63,684 nucleotides of DNA, filler included, from Octopus bimaculoides (GCF_001194135.2; 6 parts of 6 records of this genome joined end to end with filler, not necessarily neighbours in it), one strand, 5' to 3'; positions 1 through 11,085 are shown, numbered from the whole stretch's first letter. The notes: generated by a model not told the origin, from the letters alone. Numbers and translations: made by a program.

Positions 1-555
1 ATATATATATATATATATACGCGTGTGTGTGTACATTTATATATTCGCATTCATATCTATGCTTGTACATATGTCCAAGTGTGTCTATGTGTGCGTAATT
101 GTGTTTTTGTAAGTGCGTGTATGTACGAACGTATGTGTATGTGTTTGCACACATATATTTGTGTACCCAGATGCTACAAGGTCAAATGAAACATCAGCCA
201 TTGCGGAGCCAACGTCAAAAAAGACATTGGCTGGAAAAAAAATTATGAAAAACCAAGTTCTTTGGGATCCTTGGAAACAAAAGACAGAGCAACAACAACA
301 ACAACAATAAAGAACAAAGAAAACAGAGAAAACGAAATGAAAGGAAGATTAGTTTTTTTTTCACAAATATGTTTATGAACAATATTTTTGCTTATTTTTA
401 AGTTTTATTTTTGTTTGTCCGTATTGCATGTATATGATGAACGCCTCCCTCTTTGTTTTGTTCCACCATTCCTAAATATGATAAAATATTTGATTGGTCT
501 TTACTTCATCTTATGTATTATTTTTCAGTATTTGAGAAGAAAAAAGAACTTGTTT

Positions 556-593
<38 letters not shown>

Positions 594-662
594 GTGTGTG
601 TATNNNNNNNNNNAAGTATTCATAGACTCGCAGACAGAAAACCACAGTGGTGTTTGTGTGTG

Positions 663-703
<41 letters not shown>

Positions 704-1160
704 GTGTGTGTATGTAGTAATAAATAAAGCGGAGTAAAATATAACGTGTGCCAGACATTTTGGCGTTAAATTCCATTGCTAGGATGGAATGGAAAAAAAA
801 GGGTCATTTTTGCGTTGTAATAAATACGATATCGGGAACTGAGGATAAAGAGGGCGATAAACAAAGACTGAAAAAGAGGGGAAGAGATAAATAGATTGAA
901 GAGAGGGAAGAACGATAGAGAGAGAGAGAGAGAGGGAGAGAGAGAGAGGGAGGAAAGATACACACATATATAGAGAGAGAGATGGGTGAGAAAGATATTA
1001 ACGAGAGTGATATGGAGAAAGAGAGAGTAATTGTGTTATCTGCTTGTATTAGTTGTTGTTTATACTCGATTTAATTAGAATGCAGCAGACACTTCATCAA
1101 TAGCGTTCCAGCTATGACTACACCGTCTGTGTTTTGTTTTCAGACATACTGTATTTTTTT

Positions 1161-1532
1161 CTTTTACTTGTTTCAGTCATTATCCTGTGGCCATGCTGGG
1201 GCACCGCCCTGAAAAATTTTAGTCGAATGAATCGATGTCCATACTTATTTATTTTGTTAAGCCTGGTACTTATTCTATCGGTCTCGTCCACCAAACCGCT
1301 AAGTTACGGGAAGATAAACACCAACACCGGTCGTCAAGCGATGGTGGGAGACAAACAGACACAAAGGCACATACACGACGAGCTACTCTCAGTTTCCGCC
1401 TACCAAATTCACCCACAAAGCTTTGATCGGCCCGAGGTAAACAGTAGAAGAAATTTACCCTGGATGCCATGCAGTGGGACTGAAGCCGGTTCCATGTGGT
1501 TGGGAAGCATGCTTCTTACCACACAGCCCCAT
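1161..1532 (-). mobile_element. tRNA-derived CORE-type SINE, family B, near full length
   Basis: Aligns by eye along its length with 46256-46612 and with fragments at 4340, 22405, 39020, 61030 (shared blocks gtttcagtcat..gtggccatgctgg, ccgctaagttacggg, cttaccacacagcc). Minus-strand head has A-box TGGCTGTGTGG-like and B-box GGTTCAGTCCC-like motifs. Resembles octopus OR-type SINEs; exact family name not verified. Confidence 0.9.
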
Positions 1533-2434
1533 GTTGGAATAGACTACGACTTTTATTTATTAGAACATTTTTATATATCTCCAAGTTCAAATTTCACCCA
1601 GTGACTGCTTTGCTTTTATTCCTTGATGACCAGCAAACTAGAAACTAGTTAAGAGCGTTTAGTTGAGGCGTATGCAAACACAAGTTCTGTATCCAGCCAA
1701 TAAAACATGGCATCGAAAAGAAAAAAAAAGAAATAATCTGTACTTCATGATATACGGATAGTATCGTCAGATCTTCAATAACATTTTCCATACGTCTGTT
1801 CGCTCAGGGATAACATTGGACTAAACAACAACGAAAGAAGCAACGAAGTGACTGCTTGACCTGTAAGAAATAGCAACCAAGACGCAATAAACTCACAACC
1901 TACTGCTTTAAAAAAGAAAGGACATATTAAAGAATCTAGTGTTATATGAAAGAACGACGTTAGTCACGACTGGAAGGCTTTCAATTATATCTCTCCCTAG
2001 TTAGAGCTAGGCTGGGACTTAAGAACATCAAATTTAAATACTTCAAAGAATACATTATATCACAGATTTTCTCCTATTCTTTGCTAGTTTTTAATTCAAC
2101 CTTTCGGTTTCATGCATTCACTACTTCACGCTCTCTTACTTCTATGCAAAAATATATTCTAATGTAATATATCACTGTTATGTATAAAAGTCCGTGTCGC
2201 TACTGGAAAGCTACGTTTAAGATAGCATGTTAGTACTAGATATCATATTTAATATTTAGATATCATATTTAATATTTTCCCTTATCACTTCAACCCATTA
2301 AATGTAAACAGACAAAACGAAACAATTTGGAATGGACAAACGAATAAGATGAACCGTTTTTCATTTCTGTCTTCTCTCACAGGAAATTGGTACGAACTCG
2401 CTCGGTTGCCCTCAGAGAATCTATGTATATTATA

Positions 2435-2479
<45 letters not shown>

Positions 2480-3129
2480 NNNNNNNNNNNNNNNNNNNNN
2501 NNNNNNNNNNNNNNNNNNNNNNNNNNNNNNNNNNNNNNNNNNNNNNNNNNNNNNNNNNNNNNNNNNNNNNNNNNNNNNNNNNNNNNNNNNNNNNNNNNNN
2601 NNNNNNNNNNNNNNNNNNNNNNNNNNNNNNNNNNNNNNNNNNNNNNNNNNNNNNNNNNNNNNNNNNNNNNNNNNNNNNNNNNNNNNNNNNNNNNNNNNNN
2701 NNNNNNNNNNNNNNNNNNNNNNNNNNNNNNNNNNNNNNNNNNNNNNNNNNNNNNNNNNNNNNNNNNNNNNNNNNNNNNNNNNNNNNNNNNNNNNNNNNNN
2801 NNNNNNNNNNNNNNNNNNNNNNNNNNNNNNNNNNNNNNNNNNNNNNNNNNNNNNNNNNNNNNNNNNNNNNNNNNNNNNNNNNNNNNNNNNNNNNNNNNNN
2901 NNNNNNNNNNNNNNNNNNNNNNNNNNNNNNNNNNNNNNNNNNNNNNNNNNTATATATATATATATATATATACATGTGTGTGTGTGTGCGTATGTGGTCG
3001 GAGGACAGAATGCAGAAGCAAATGAATGAATGATTTTCGCCTTTTGGACAAAAGTTATTCAACTTGGTCATCTGACAATTTCTATAGCCGCCATCCATAC
3101 ACACTAATTCACTCATTTATACATAACAT

Positions 3130-3480
3130 AAAGACACATACATACATACATACATACATACATACATACATGCATACATACATACATACATACTCATACA
3201 ACACACATGTATGTATGGGTGTGTGTACACACACACACACACACACACCCACACACAAATACATACACACATGCACACATATATACACAATCGCATAAAA
3301 TATATATCCTGAACAGACAGAAGTACACGAGCAAGTATCCATACACTCGTACACATAACATTTGCGTACATCACATCGATTCATCATGCATATACACACA
3401 CGCACTAAAACAAGAATATATATATATCTTTATCTATCTATCTATATATCTATCTATCTATCTACAAACACGTACACACG

Positions 3481-3552
<72 letters not shown>
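3130..3552. repeat. compound microsatellite (TACA)n/(CA)n/(TATC)n/(GA)n
   Basis: Directly visible simple repeats. Confidence 0.95.
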
Positions 3553-3699
3553 AAAGTAGAGACCCCCTCCACCTCAATTAATGACGGAGACAAATATACA
3601 GAAATAAAGAGCTTGTATATTATTTATACTGAATATCTTTGGAAGTGGAACCGAAAGTTTTAAATTATACTTCAGAGGGAGGAATAAATTATTGGTAGA

Positions 3700-4190
3700 A
3701 TTATATAAATTTTGTAGTTTGAGGGCAGTTGAGGTTTTAGTGAGGTACAGCTGTAGATTAGACGTGGTTCGGTAAGTAAAGGGAAGTTTTTGGAAGGTAA
3801 AGGTTTCTAGGTAAGGCCTAGTTTTGTAGATAAGGTGAGATTGCACCTGTCAAGTGATGCTATGTATGTCGATGTTCTGTAAGATAAGCAGTTTCAATGC
3901 TGAGTTACCGTAGGGAGTAACAGCTTTCTGAGTTAACGTTCGGAAAAGTTTTGAGAAACGAGGGCTTGTGTGGTCACTATTTCTCATTTGAGATTTTGTA
4001 CACTGAAGTACAAATGCGTAGAGGTTTTGTAAGGCGAAGTCCTGTAAGGTGAGGTTTTGTAAAGCTAAGTTCCGAAAGGTGAATTTTTGTGAGATGAAGT
4101 CTTGTGTGATGCAGATGTTAAAGTTTCGTAAAGTGAGACTTTCCACTTTCAGATTTTGTAAGGCTAGCTTTTTTGTCAGATTGACGTTTA
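3700..4190. repeat. degenerate 15-bp minisatellite (consensus about GAGGTTTTGTAAGGT)
   Basis: Exact 15-nt register at 4021, 4036, 4051, 4066, 4081, 4096 (gaggttttgtaaggc, gaagtcctgtaaggt, gaggttttgtaaagc, taagttccgaaaggt, gaatttttgtgagat, gaagtcttgtgtgat); further units at 3990 and 4150; decayed units back to about 3700. Confidence 0.8.
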
Positions 4191-4278
4191 CAATATTTAC
4201 ATTATTTACATTTGATGGATATTTGTCCTCATCCGTCAAATGTAAATAATATAAATAATGTACATATTTCCTCATCTC

Positions 4279-4339
4279 TTAAATATAGAACTGCATTAAC
4301 ATTTACAAGTTAAATATAGAACTGTATTAACATTTACAA
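4279..4339. repeat. 31-bp tandem duplication
   Basis: ttaaatatagaactg(c/t)attaacatttacaa at 4279-4308 and 4310-4339, one mismatch. Confidence 0.95.
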
Positions 4340-4425
4340 TGAATAAGTCCTGGGTGGGGGTCGATTTCTTCGACTAAAGGTGGTGCTCCAGCATGGCTGC
4401 AGTCAGATGGCTGAAAAAACTAAAA
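4340..4425 (+). mobile_element. SINE family B 3' fragment
   Basis: gaataagtcctggg..gtcgatt..cgactaaaggtggtgctccagcatggctgcagtcagatggctgaaa is the reverse complement of the 5' plus-strand end of the 1161 and 46256 copies. Confidence 0.85.
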
Positions 4426-4451
4426 GAGCTGGCAGAAACGTTAGCATACCC

Positions 4452-4685
4452 AAGGCGGCGAGCTGGCAGAAACGTTAGCACGCCGGGCGAAATGCTTGGC
4501 AGTATTTCGTCTGTCTTTACGTTCTGAGTTCAAATTCCGCCGAGATCGACTTTGCCTTTCATCCTTTCGGGGTCGATAAATTAAGTACCAGTTACGCACT
4601 GCTGTTGATGTAATCGACTTAATCCCTTTGTCTGTCCTTGTTTGTCTCCTCTATGTTTAGCCCCTTGTGGGCAATAAAGAAATAT
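4452..4685 (+). mobile_element. tRNA-derived SINE family A, young copy with variant 3' tail
   Basis: Head aaggcggcgagctggcagaaacgttagcacgccgggcgaaatgc (A-box) and gagttcaaattcc (B-box) nearly identical to 62768 and 28066; diverges after gtaatcgact (about 4619). Confidence 0.92.
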
Positions 4686-4751
4686 GAAACAAATAAAAGG
4701 ACAAAAGAATCAATACTTAGGTATGTAAATCAAATGGCCATTTCCTTCCTT

Positions 4752-4933
4752 AGAGAGCCGAGTGATATTTGTTAGGGCTCTAAGCAGTTTGAGTTCAAAT
4801 CCCACCAATGTCAACTTTGCGTTTTATCCCTCCGGACTCGATGAAATTAAGTACCAGTCAAGTATAAGGGTCAATGTAAACTACTAATCCCCTCCCCTCA
4901 AAACTGCTGGCCTTTTGCACCAAATTAGAAAGA

Positions 4934-4935
<2 letters not shown>
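4752..4935 (+). mobile_element. SINE family A, old copy with (TAC)n tail
   Basis: gagttcaaatcccacc..caactttgc..aaattaagtaccagt..cccctcccc..ggcctt blocks, followed by (TAC)n to about 4990. Confidence 0.85.
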
Positions 4936-4991
<56 letters not shown>

Positions 4992-5003
4992 TTATTATTA
5001 TTA

Positions 5004-5212
5004 AATCGACGAGCTGGTAGAATCGTTAGCCGGGGAAAATGCTCAACAGCTTTTCGCCCATCCCTATGATCTGAGTTCAAATTCCGCCGAAGTCGACTTT
5101 GCCCTTCATCCTTTCGGGGTCGATAAATTAAGTACCAGTAGAGCACTGGGGTCGATAGAATCGACTAGTCCCCTCCCCCAAAATGTGAGGCCTAGTGCCT
5201 CCAGTAAAAAGA

Positions 5213-5251
<39 letters not shown>
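5004..5251 (+). mobile_element. SINE family A with (ATT)n tail
   Basis: cgagctggtagaatcgttagc..ctgagttcaaattccgccgaagtcgactttgcccttcatcctttcggggtcgataaattaagtaccagt, then (ATT)n. Confidence 0.9.
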
Positions 5252-5280
5252 GCTGTTGTCATTATTACTTTATATTGCTG

Positions 5281-5540
5281 TATTTATGTTCTGAGTTCAA
5301 ACTAAGCTGAGGTCAGCGTTACCTTTCATCCTTCCGAGGTCGATCAAATAAAGTATCAGTCAAGTAAAAGGATCGATATAATCGAATGTTTCTTCCCGCC
5401 AAATAATCTGATCTTGTGACTGTGGTAGAAATCGCTATTACCATAGTTATTGTCTTATTTTGTGTTCTGTGTTCAAATCCCGCGGAGATAAACTTTGCCT
5501 TTCATCCTTCCGGAGTCGATAAACTAATGTCCCACAAGTC
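5281..5540 (+). mobile_element. two 5'-truncated SINE family A fragments (5281-5440, 5458-5540)
   Basis: Both contain gttctg(a/t)gttcaaa..cctttcatccttccg..gtcgat. Confidence 0.8.
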
Positions 5541-5570
5541 AAACACATTAGGTGGCTGTGTATGCGTGCG

Positions 5571-5603
<33 letters not shown>

Positions 5604-5829
5604 ATATGACTTCTTGTTGTGTGATATTATGATGGACTGTATCCGTCTAACCCGCCCTCTATCACTCAACATTTTCTGGCCTTGTGCCACATTCAGAAAT
5701 CTATATAATAAAATAGCGGAACAAAACACAAATACATAAAGATATAAATATATAAATCAAATGGACATTTTCTTGTTAAGACAGATATACGATAAACATA
5801 GAGGAACATTTGTCTGCCAGATTTCAATA

Positions 5830-6640
5830 TAAATTTATTTCATCTTCATCACCATCTTTCCTATTGTTCGCTTATTTCATTCATATTATCTTATACTTTT
5901 TTAATTCATTCATATTTATATCATTCATTTTATTTCATTGATTTGTTATCGTCATTGATTTTCTTTCAATTGTTATTTATAAGTTTGGCCATTGAATATT
6001 TTACCAATATTTCATTCATTCAATTACATTTCTAATAATTCGATAGTTAGGTTTCATTCATTTTATTTCCTTCTTTGTTTTCCAATCATTACATTTCCGC
6101 CATTTTCATCATCCATTATCTTTCCTTCATTTTCTATCAATATTCATTTCTCATCAATGATTTCTTTTCAGTTATTATTTATAAATTTGTTCATTCTATA
6201 TTTTAGATATTCTCCTTATTTTATATATACTTTCATTCCTGATATTGCAATCATTCATTTTTAATTCTTAATTACATCTTACTCATTATCTCTCATTCAT
6301 GTTAAATCAATATTTATAATTTTCCTTCTATTACTTATAAATTCGTTTATCCCATATTTTATACATATTTTATTCCTTTCATTCAGACTATTTCATTCCT
6401 GCTGTTTCAGCCGTTATGTTTCTGTAATTTTATATTCTTCACTATTTTCATTCTTTAACTTTCATTCCTTTTCTATCAATGTTCATTGTCAATCATTCAT
6501 TTTCTTTCAATTGTTATTTATGCATTTGATCATTCTTTATTCTACACCTTCTTTTTGTTTAATTCAACACAATTTCAATAAGTTTATTTAATTTCATTCA
6601 CCATTCTTCATTCATCGTATTTCATTCACAATATTTTAGC
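5830..6640. repeat. T-rich degenerate satellite or low-complexity tract (TTCAT-rich)
   Basis: Strong T over A skew; a motif tca.tgattt..tttca.tt.ttatttat...ttt..catt recurs at about 5951, 6154 and 6493. Confidence 0.7.
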
Positions 6641-6836
6641 TGCCAATAATGAAAACATTCTCTAAAACAAAAATGGTTTCATTTTGCTGATAGCAAAAAC
6701 GATATACAATTGTTAACCGAAAATGTCGCTCATTTAAAAAGTTGCTAATTGTTACGTATATATAAACATTCACACACATACCTCCACAACGGACTTCCGT
6801 CTAGCAAGTTTCAATAAACACGAGGTAGACAAGAGC

Positions 6837-6893
<57 letters not shown>
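6837..6893. repeat. (TAG)n microsatellite
   Basis: Directly visible. Confidence 0.95.
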
Positions 6894-6994
6894 ATAATTG
6901 CTGAGGCGACAGCAACGGTGTTAGTTATAGTAGTTGTAGTGAATATATTTTTCTCATCTCCTAATATAATAATGAGTGTAGTGTTTTTGTATAT

Positions 6995-7325
6995 TTGTAT
7001 ATATATATATATATATATGTATTTATCCAGAATCACGCCGAACGCGGAGGAGGAGAGAAAATAGTAATTCAGTGGAGGAGAAGTAGTGAGAGTAATAGCC
7101 CTGACTGAGAGGGAGTGAAAGAAAGTAATAGCAATGAGCGAAAGGAAGGGTGGTAGGTGAATAAGGAAGGAAGGGGTGAAAAAGTGTGTATGTGTGTGCG
7201 TGTACAATGGAAGTATGTGAATGTTTGTATGTGTGATTATTATGTACCTTATTATTTGGTACCTTATTCATATATAAAATAATACAATTAGCCATAATTT
7301 TTGACGGCACGGGATCAGCTAGTGT
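6995..7325 (+). mobile_element. putative non-autonomous Helitron (3' terminus visible)
   Basis: Imperfect hairpin gccataatttttgacggc (7291-7308) followed 12 nt later by CTAG then T (7319-7323), the canonical Helitron 3' architecture. The 5' end is only guessed at the (TA)n tract. Confidence 0.35.
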
Positions 7326-7355
7326 TAGTAGATATTTATATATGTATGAATACCT

Positions 7356-7420
<65 letters not shown>

Positions 7421-8021
7421 NNNNNNNNNNNNNNNNNNNNNNNNNNNNNNNNNNNNNNNNNNNNNNNNNNNNNNNNNNNNNNNNNNNNNNNNNNNNNNNN
7501 NNNNNNNNNNNNNNATATATATATATATATATATAATTAACCCGAGGTTCTGATAGAACAAACATAACCACGTGTCGCTTTGCTGCATCGAACCGAGAAA
7601 CTTGAGATATTAGACAATAAAAAGAAACAGAAACAAACGGGCTGATACAGAAAACAAAATTTTCCGTTTTGAATAAAGTTGCTAATGCGATATAGGAGTT
7701 GCTAATCCCAGAATAAAAACTCTCATATCCCGCCCTGTTCTGCTAATGCAAAAGAAACCAGCTAAGTAAATATATTGCTAATATCGAAACAAAATGTTGC
7801 TAACATTACAAAAAGAAAAAATGCAAAAGAAAACACACACAAAAAACAATAAGTAAAAAAGAAGACGAGAATAAGAGAAATATTGCATACATTTAACCAT
7901 AGTATCTTTGTTTTTATATTTACATTTTTATTGTTTGAAGCGGTGGTCAAGTGGAGTGGCTGGAGGAGGGTGATGTGAGCAATCTTCACAAAGATATCAA
8001 ACGTTAATATAAAAAAATATG

Positions 8022-8121
8022 NNNNNNNNNNNNNNNNNNNNNNNNNNNNNNNNNNNNNNNNNNNNTTAATTAATTAANNNNNNNNNNNNNNNNNNNNNNN
8101 NNNNNNNNNNNNNNNNNNNNN
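8022..8121. other. assembly scaffolding linker 44N-TTAATTAATTAA-44N
   Basis: Exactly 100 bp; identical construct at 22593-22692, 47231-47330, 53873-53972 and 60928-61027. Confidence 0.97.
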
Positions 8122-8469
8122 TTTTTTTTTTTTTTTTTTTTTTACACCCCTGATGCGAGATATAGTTCTCGAAACTGAACGCTTCTTAGCAGAAAATTTG
8201 CTACGATGTAAGACTATGCATATTTACTTACTGTGGCAAGTCAGAAGCTGGCACTTCCGTTTCCTCTTTTCGCTATTCAGGCTTACCATCGGCATCGTAG
8301 TTCCATTTATTTCATAAATTATGTAAACATAGCACTCTGTTTAGAAATACCTCTTGAAGACTAATTCTATTGTACAATGACCGATATGATTGTACTGTTG
8401 CTATATATACTTGAATTTGAAGTAGATTTTAAATAAAAATAGAATTGTTTATTATTAATAATAATAAAA

Positions 8470-8692
8470 ATGGCGCCGAGCTGACAGAACCAATAGCACT
8501 CCGGACAAAATTATTATCGGTATTTCTTGCGGCTCTAAATTTTGAGTTTAAATTCCACCGAGATTGTGTTTGCCTTTCATCATTTCGGGGTTGATAAGAC
8601 AAGTACCAGTTGAAAACTGGAGTTTATGTAATCGACAAGCCTCTGGCCCCCAAATTTCAGGCCCTGCGCCGCTGGTAGGAAGAATCATTATT
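8470..8692 (+). mobile_element. SINE family A, diverged full-length
   Basis: ggcgccgagctgacagaac..gagtttaaattccaccgag..gcctttcatcatttcgggg..aagtaccagttg..ggcccccaaatttcaggcc. Confidence 0.88.
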
Positions 8693-9982
8693 AATTGTTG
8701 ACTGTCAGAGACATCTCCCTAAGAACCTTTTGTAAGAAGGCAGTAACACTAATCACATCTGCCTGAAAAGAGTCAATGAATACTGTCCCCACTGGTTAAT
8801 TAATGTTATATCTAAAGAAACAAAGGAAGCTTGCGCATTTCATACCCGAATAAAATCGACTAAATTATAATTTGTTCATACACTCTGCATAATTCTCACC
8901 GCTAAAGCGGTGGATACAGAAGTGAAGAATATTTCTTAAATTTACTCAAGTTCCTAATGTATTGATGTGTATTGAATATATTTTGTCATTCATATCAATA
9001 AAACAGTATCATCAAAACCTAATTTATAGTGTTTAAAGTGTTTATTTTTCCTTATAAAGTATTCATTTTGTTATTATAGGTTACTACTAGCCTTCAAAAT
9101 AAAAGCATATTAGCCATATATTAATGAATATAAAGAAAAGCATGAACAATAAGATATTTAAAGCATATGCGTGTATGTATGTGTATGTGTGTATAAGTAC
9201 GTGCGCGTTTACATGAGAAGAAGAGAAAAAAGAATAAAAAACAGAAAAAAAGAAAGAATGGATGGATGGATGGATGGATGGGTGAAAGATAGACAGACAA
9301 GAGTGTGCATGCAATTTAATTACAAGATATTAAGCTTTTGTTCATCAGAATTAAAAAAAAGTACAAAGGATCAAAAGAAAAATAGGGTCAAGGATAAAGA
9401 AAAAGACAATAATACTACAAGTGTAGCGCACCACAGACGGCAAGACACTCAACAACATTTCAAGAACTACAATGAATCGGGAAGTATCTGGGACTGACGA
9501 AAATCAACAACTGACAATCAGCTGGCCGAATCCCCACCCCCAATCAATATTTATGAACATGTAGCTAGGATATTCAATGAACTGCAACCCTTCTATTTGG
9601 TCCCTTGCCAAAAAGGAACTCTAGTATTATTTTTAGTCCACAGAGAATGCGTCTACATTTGTTGTCTGTTTTGAAGCCAGCTCTACACTGCTTGCACTAA
9701 ATAAATCTTGAACAAAAAATATCTCTCTCCATTTCACCAAGTTCATAATATAGACGTACACACAAGTGCAGAAGCATTTCTAGCTTATTCAAATCAACAA
9801 AGTCATTTCCCATGACTATCTCTCTTCCAATACCTTCAGAAGATGTGTCTCATAAGTAGATTCTTTCCTTACCAATTATTTCAGTTTTTCTTTCTTTGCT
9901 TCTCTCTCCCTGTTTATTTTTCTCTCTTAATCTAGATATCTATTTCGATCTTTCGAAATATGCTATTGTATGTCTCATTCTC

Positions 9983-10125
9983 GGGAAAGTTGCGTGTTCT
10001 GTCCCCATCAAAAACCATCCTATCGCTCTGACTTCTAACATGTCAAACGTAATGGAGCGGGGTAGCCTATAGCATCTACCTTTTCCAGCACTTTGATCTC
10101 GGAACGGCTGTGAGGGCCATGGGAA
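9983..10125 (+). mobile_element. CR1/L2/Jockey-like LINE reverse transcriptase fragment
   Basis: Translates GKVACSVPIKNHPIALTSNMSNVMER and, after a shift, LISERL*G, matching the RT motifs WK.A.V.P.PK..NYRPIALTS..SKVMER and LISDRQ.GF of APE-type LINEs. Confidence 0.6.
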
Positions 10126-10204
10126 CAATTCCTTTCTCGCGATTAGTAATCGATATAATAAAATGTGGACTCTAAAATGGAATCTCAATTGGAGAGAAAA
10201 TAAG

Positions 10205-10840
10205 TTACCAAATACCCTTTTCCTGAAAAAAAAAAACAATCCAATAACTTAGTTGCCATCAATCTACAAACACTAAGACTTATATTCTACTACAAACATG
10301 TTGGTCACCAGGTGAGTTTACATCTTATCAAAAAGGTTACCGGAAAGGAAAAGCAACCATTGGTAAACAGGTATATTGTAGAAAATAAAAAAGGCGGGAA
10401 AGAGTTAAGCGCAAACATTATCATGACATGGATTAATTGTAGAAGAATAACTTTTGATTGCATACCATGCCCTTATATACTGAAGACATTACTTATGAAT
10501 AAAGCTGCTCTAATTATTCACGAGGTACATCAACGAAGTTATGACAAAATAGGAAACAACAATACTAGAAGTTCGGAGGAAGTGCTTGTGTTTACTGCCT
10601 TCACAGATCATCTAATATCTCTAAGATCCTCAAAGACATAAGTACTGGAGAAGCGTTGATTAAAACTAGCTCTGCATCCACAAGAAGGGGAATCATTCAA
10701 TTACACTACCCATCTCCTTTACTTTTTCTGCTTTCCTCTGGAGCAATTAACTAAACTAATTAATAAAACAACCAACAGTTGTAAGTGCTAAGGGCAGATC
10801 ATAAACCCTGTCTTTTATAAGGATGTCATATAACATGACT
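10205..10840 (+). mobile_element. decayed RLE-type (R4/Dong-like) LINE, RT domain
   Basis: NPIT*LPSIYK (about YRPITCLPTIYK), MTWINCRRITFDCIP (about WIDYRKAFDSVP), RRGIIQ..SP.LLFC..L..LINKT (about RGIFQGD.LSPLLF), GQIINPVFYKDV (about INHLFYMDD); stops and frameshifts. Confidence 0.85.
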
Positions 10841-10849
10841 TAGAACAAT

Positions 10850-11085
10850 TTTGAGATGGCAGAGTCGATAGAGTGTTGGGTAGAATACCTCGTAAAATTC
10901 ATTCCGATTCCTTGAGCTTTGAGTTCAGACTTTGCAAGTTACAAAAAAAAGAAAAAAAGTGAAAAGAAATAATAAATAAATAAACACACACACACACACA
11001 CAAAAGGTACTAATTCAGAGTGGTGAATTGGTGACACTGATTGTGGTGTGTATTCCAGTTCTTTATGTTCTGATAGTAATGCTTG
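10850..11085 (+). mobile_element. two highly decayed SINE family A fragments inside the LINE
   Basis: gagatggcagagtcgatagag..tttgagttcagac at 10852-10932 and gagtggtgaattgg..ctttatgttctga at 11018-11073. Confidence 0.5.

Noticed and set aside
590-712. Repeat of tatatacgtgtgtgtat on both sides of a 10-N gap (same pattern at 18045-18150)
   Set aside because: Typical overlapping contig ends at a negative-size gap; an assembly artefact.
1134-1604. 156-aa ORF with signal-peptide-like start
   Set aside because: It is the antisense reading of a SINE B copy.
8066-8077. TTAATTAATTAA as a homeodomain site or biological motif
   Set aside because: Always centred in exactly 88 N; synthetic linker.
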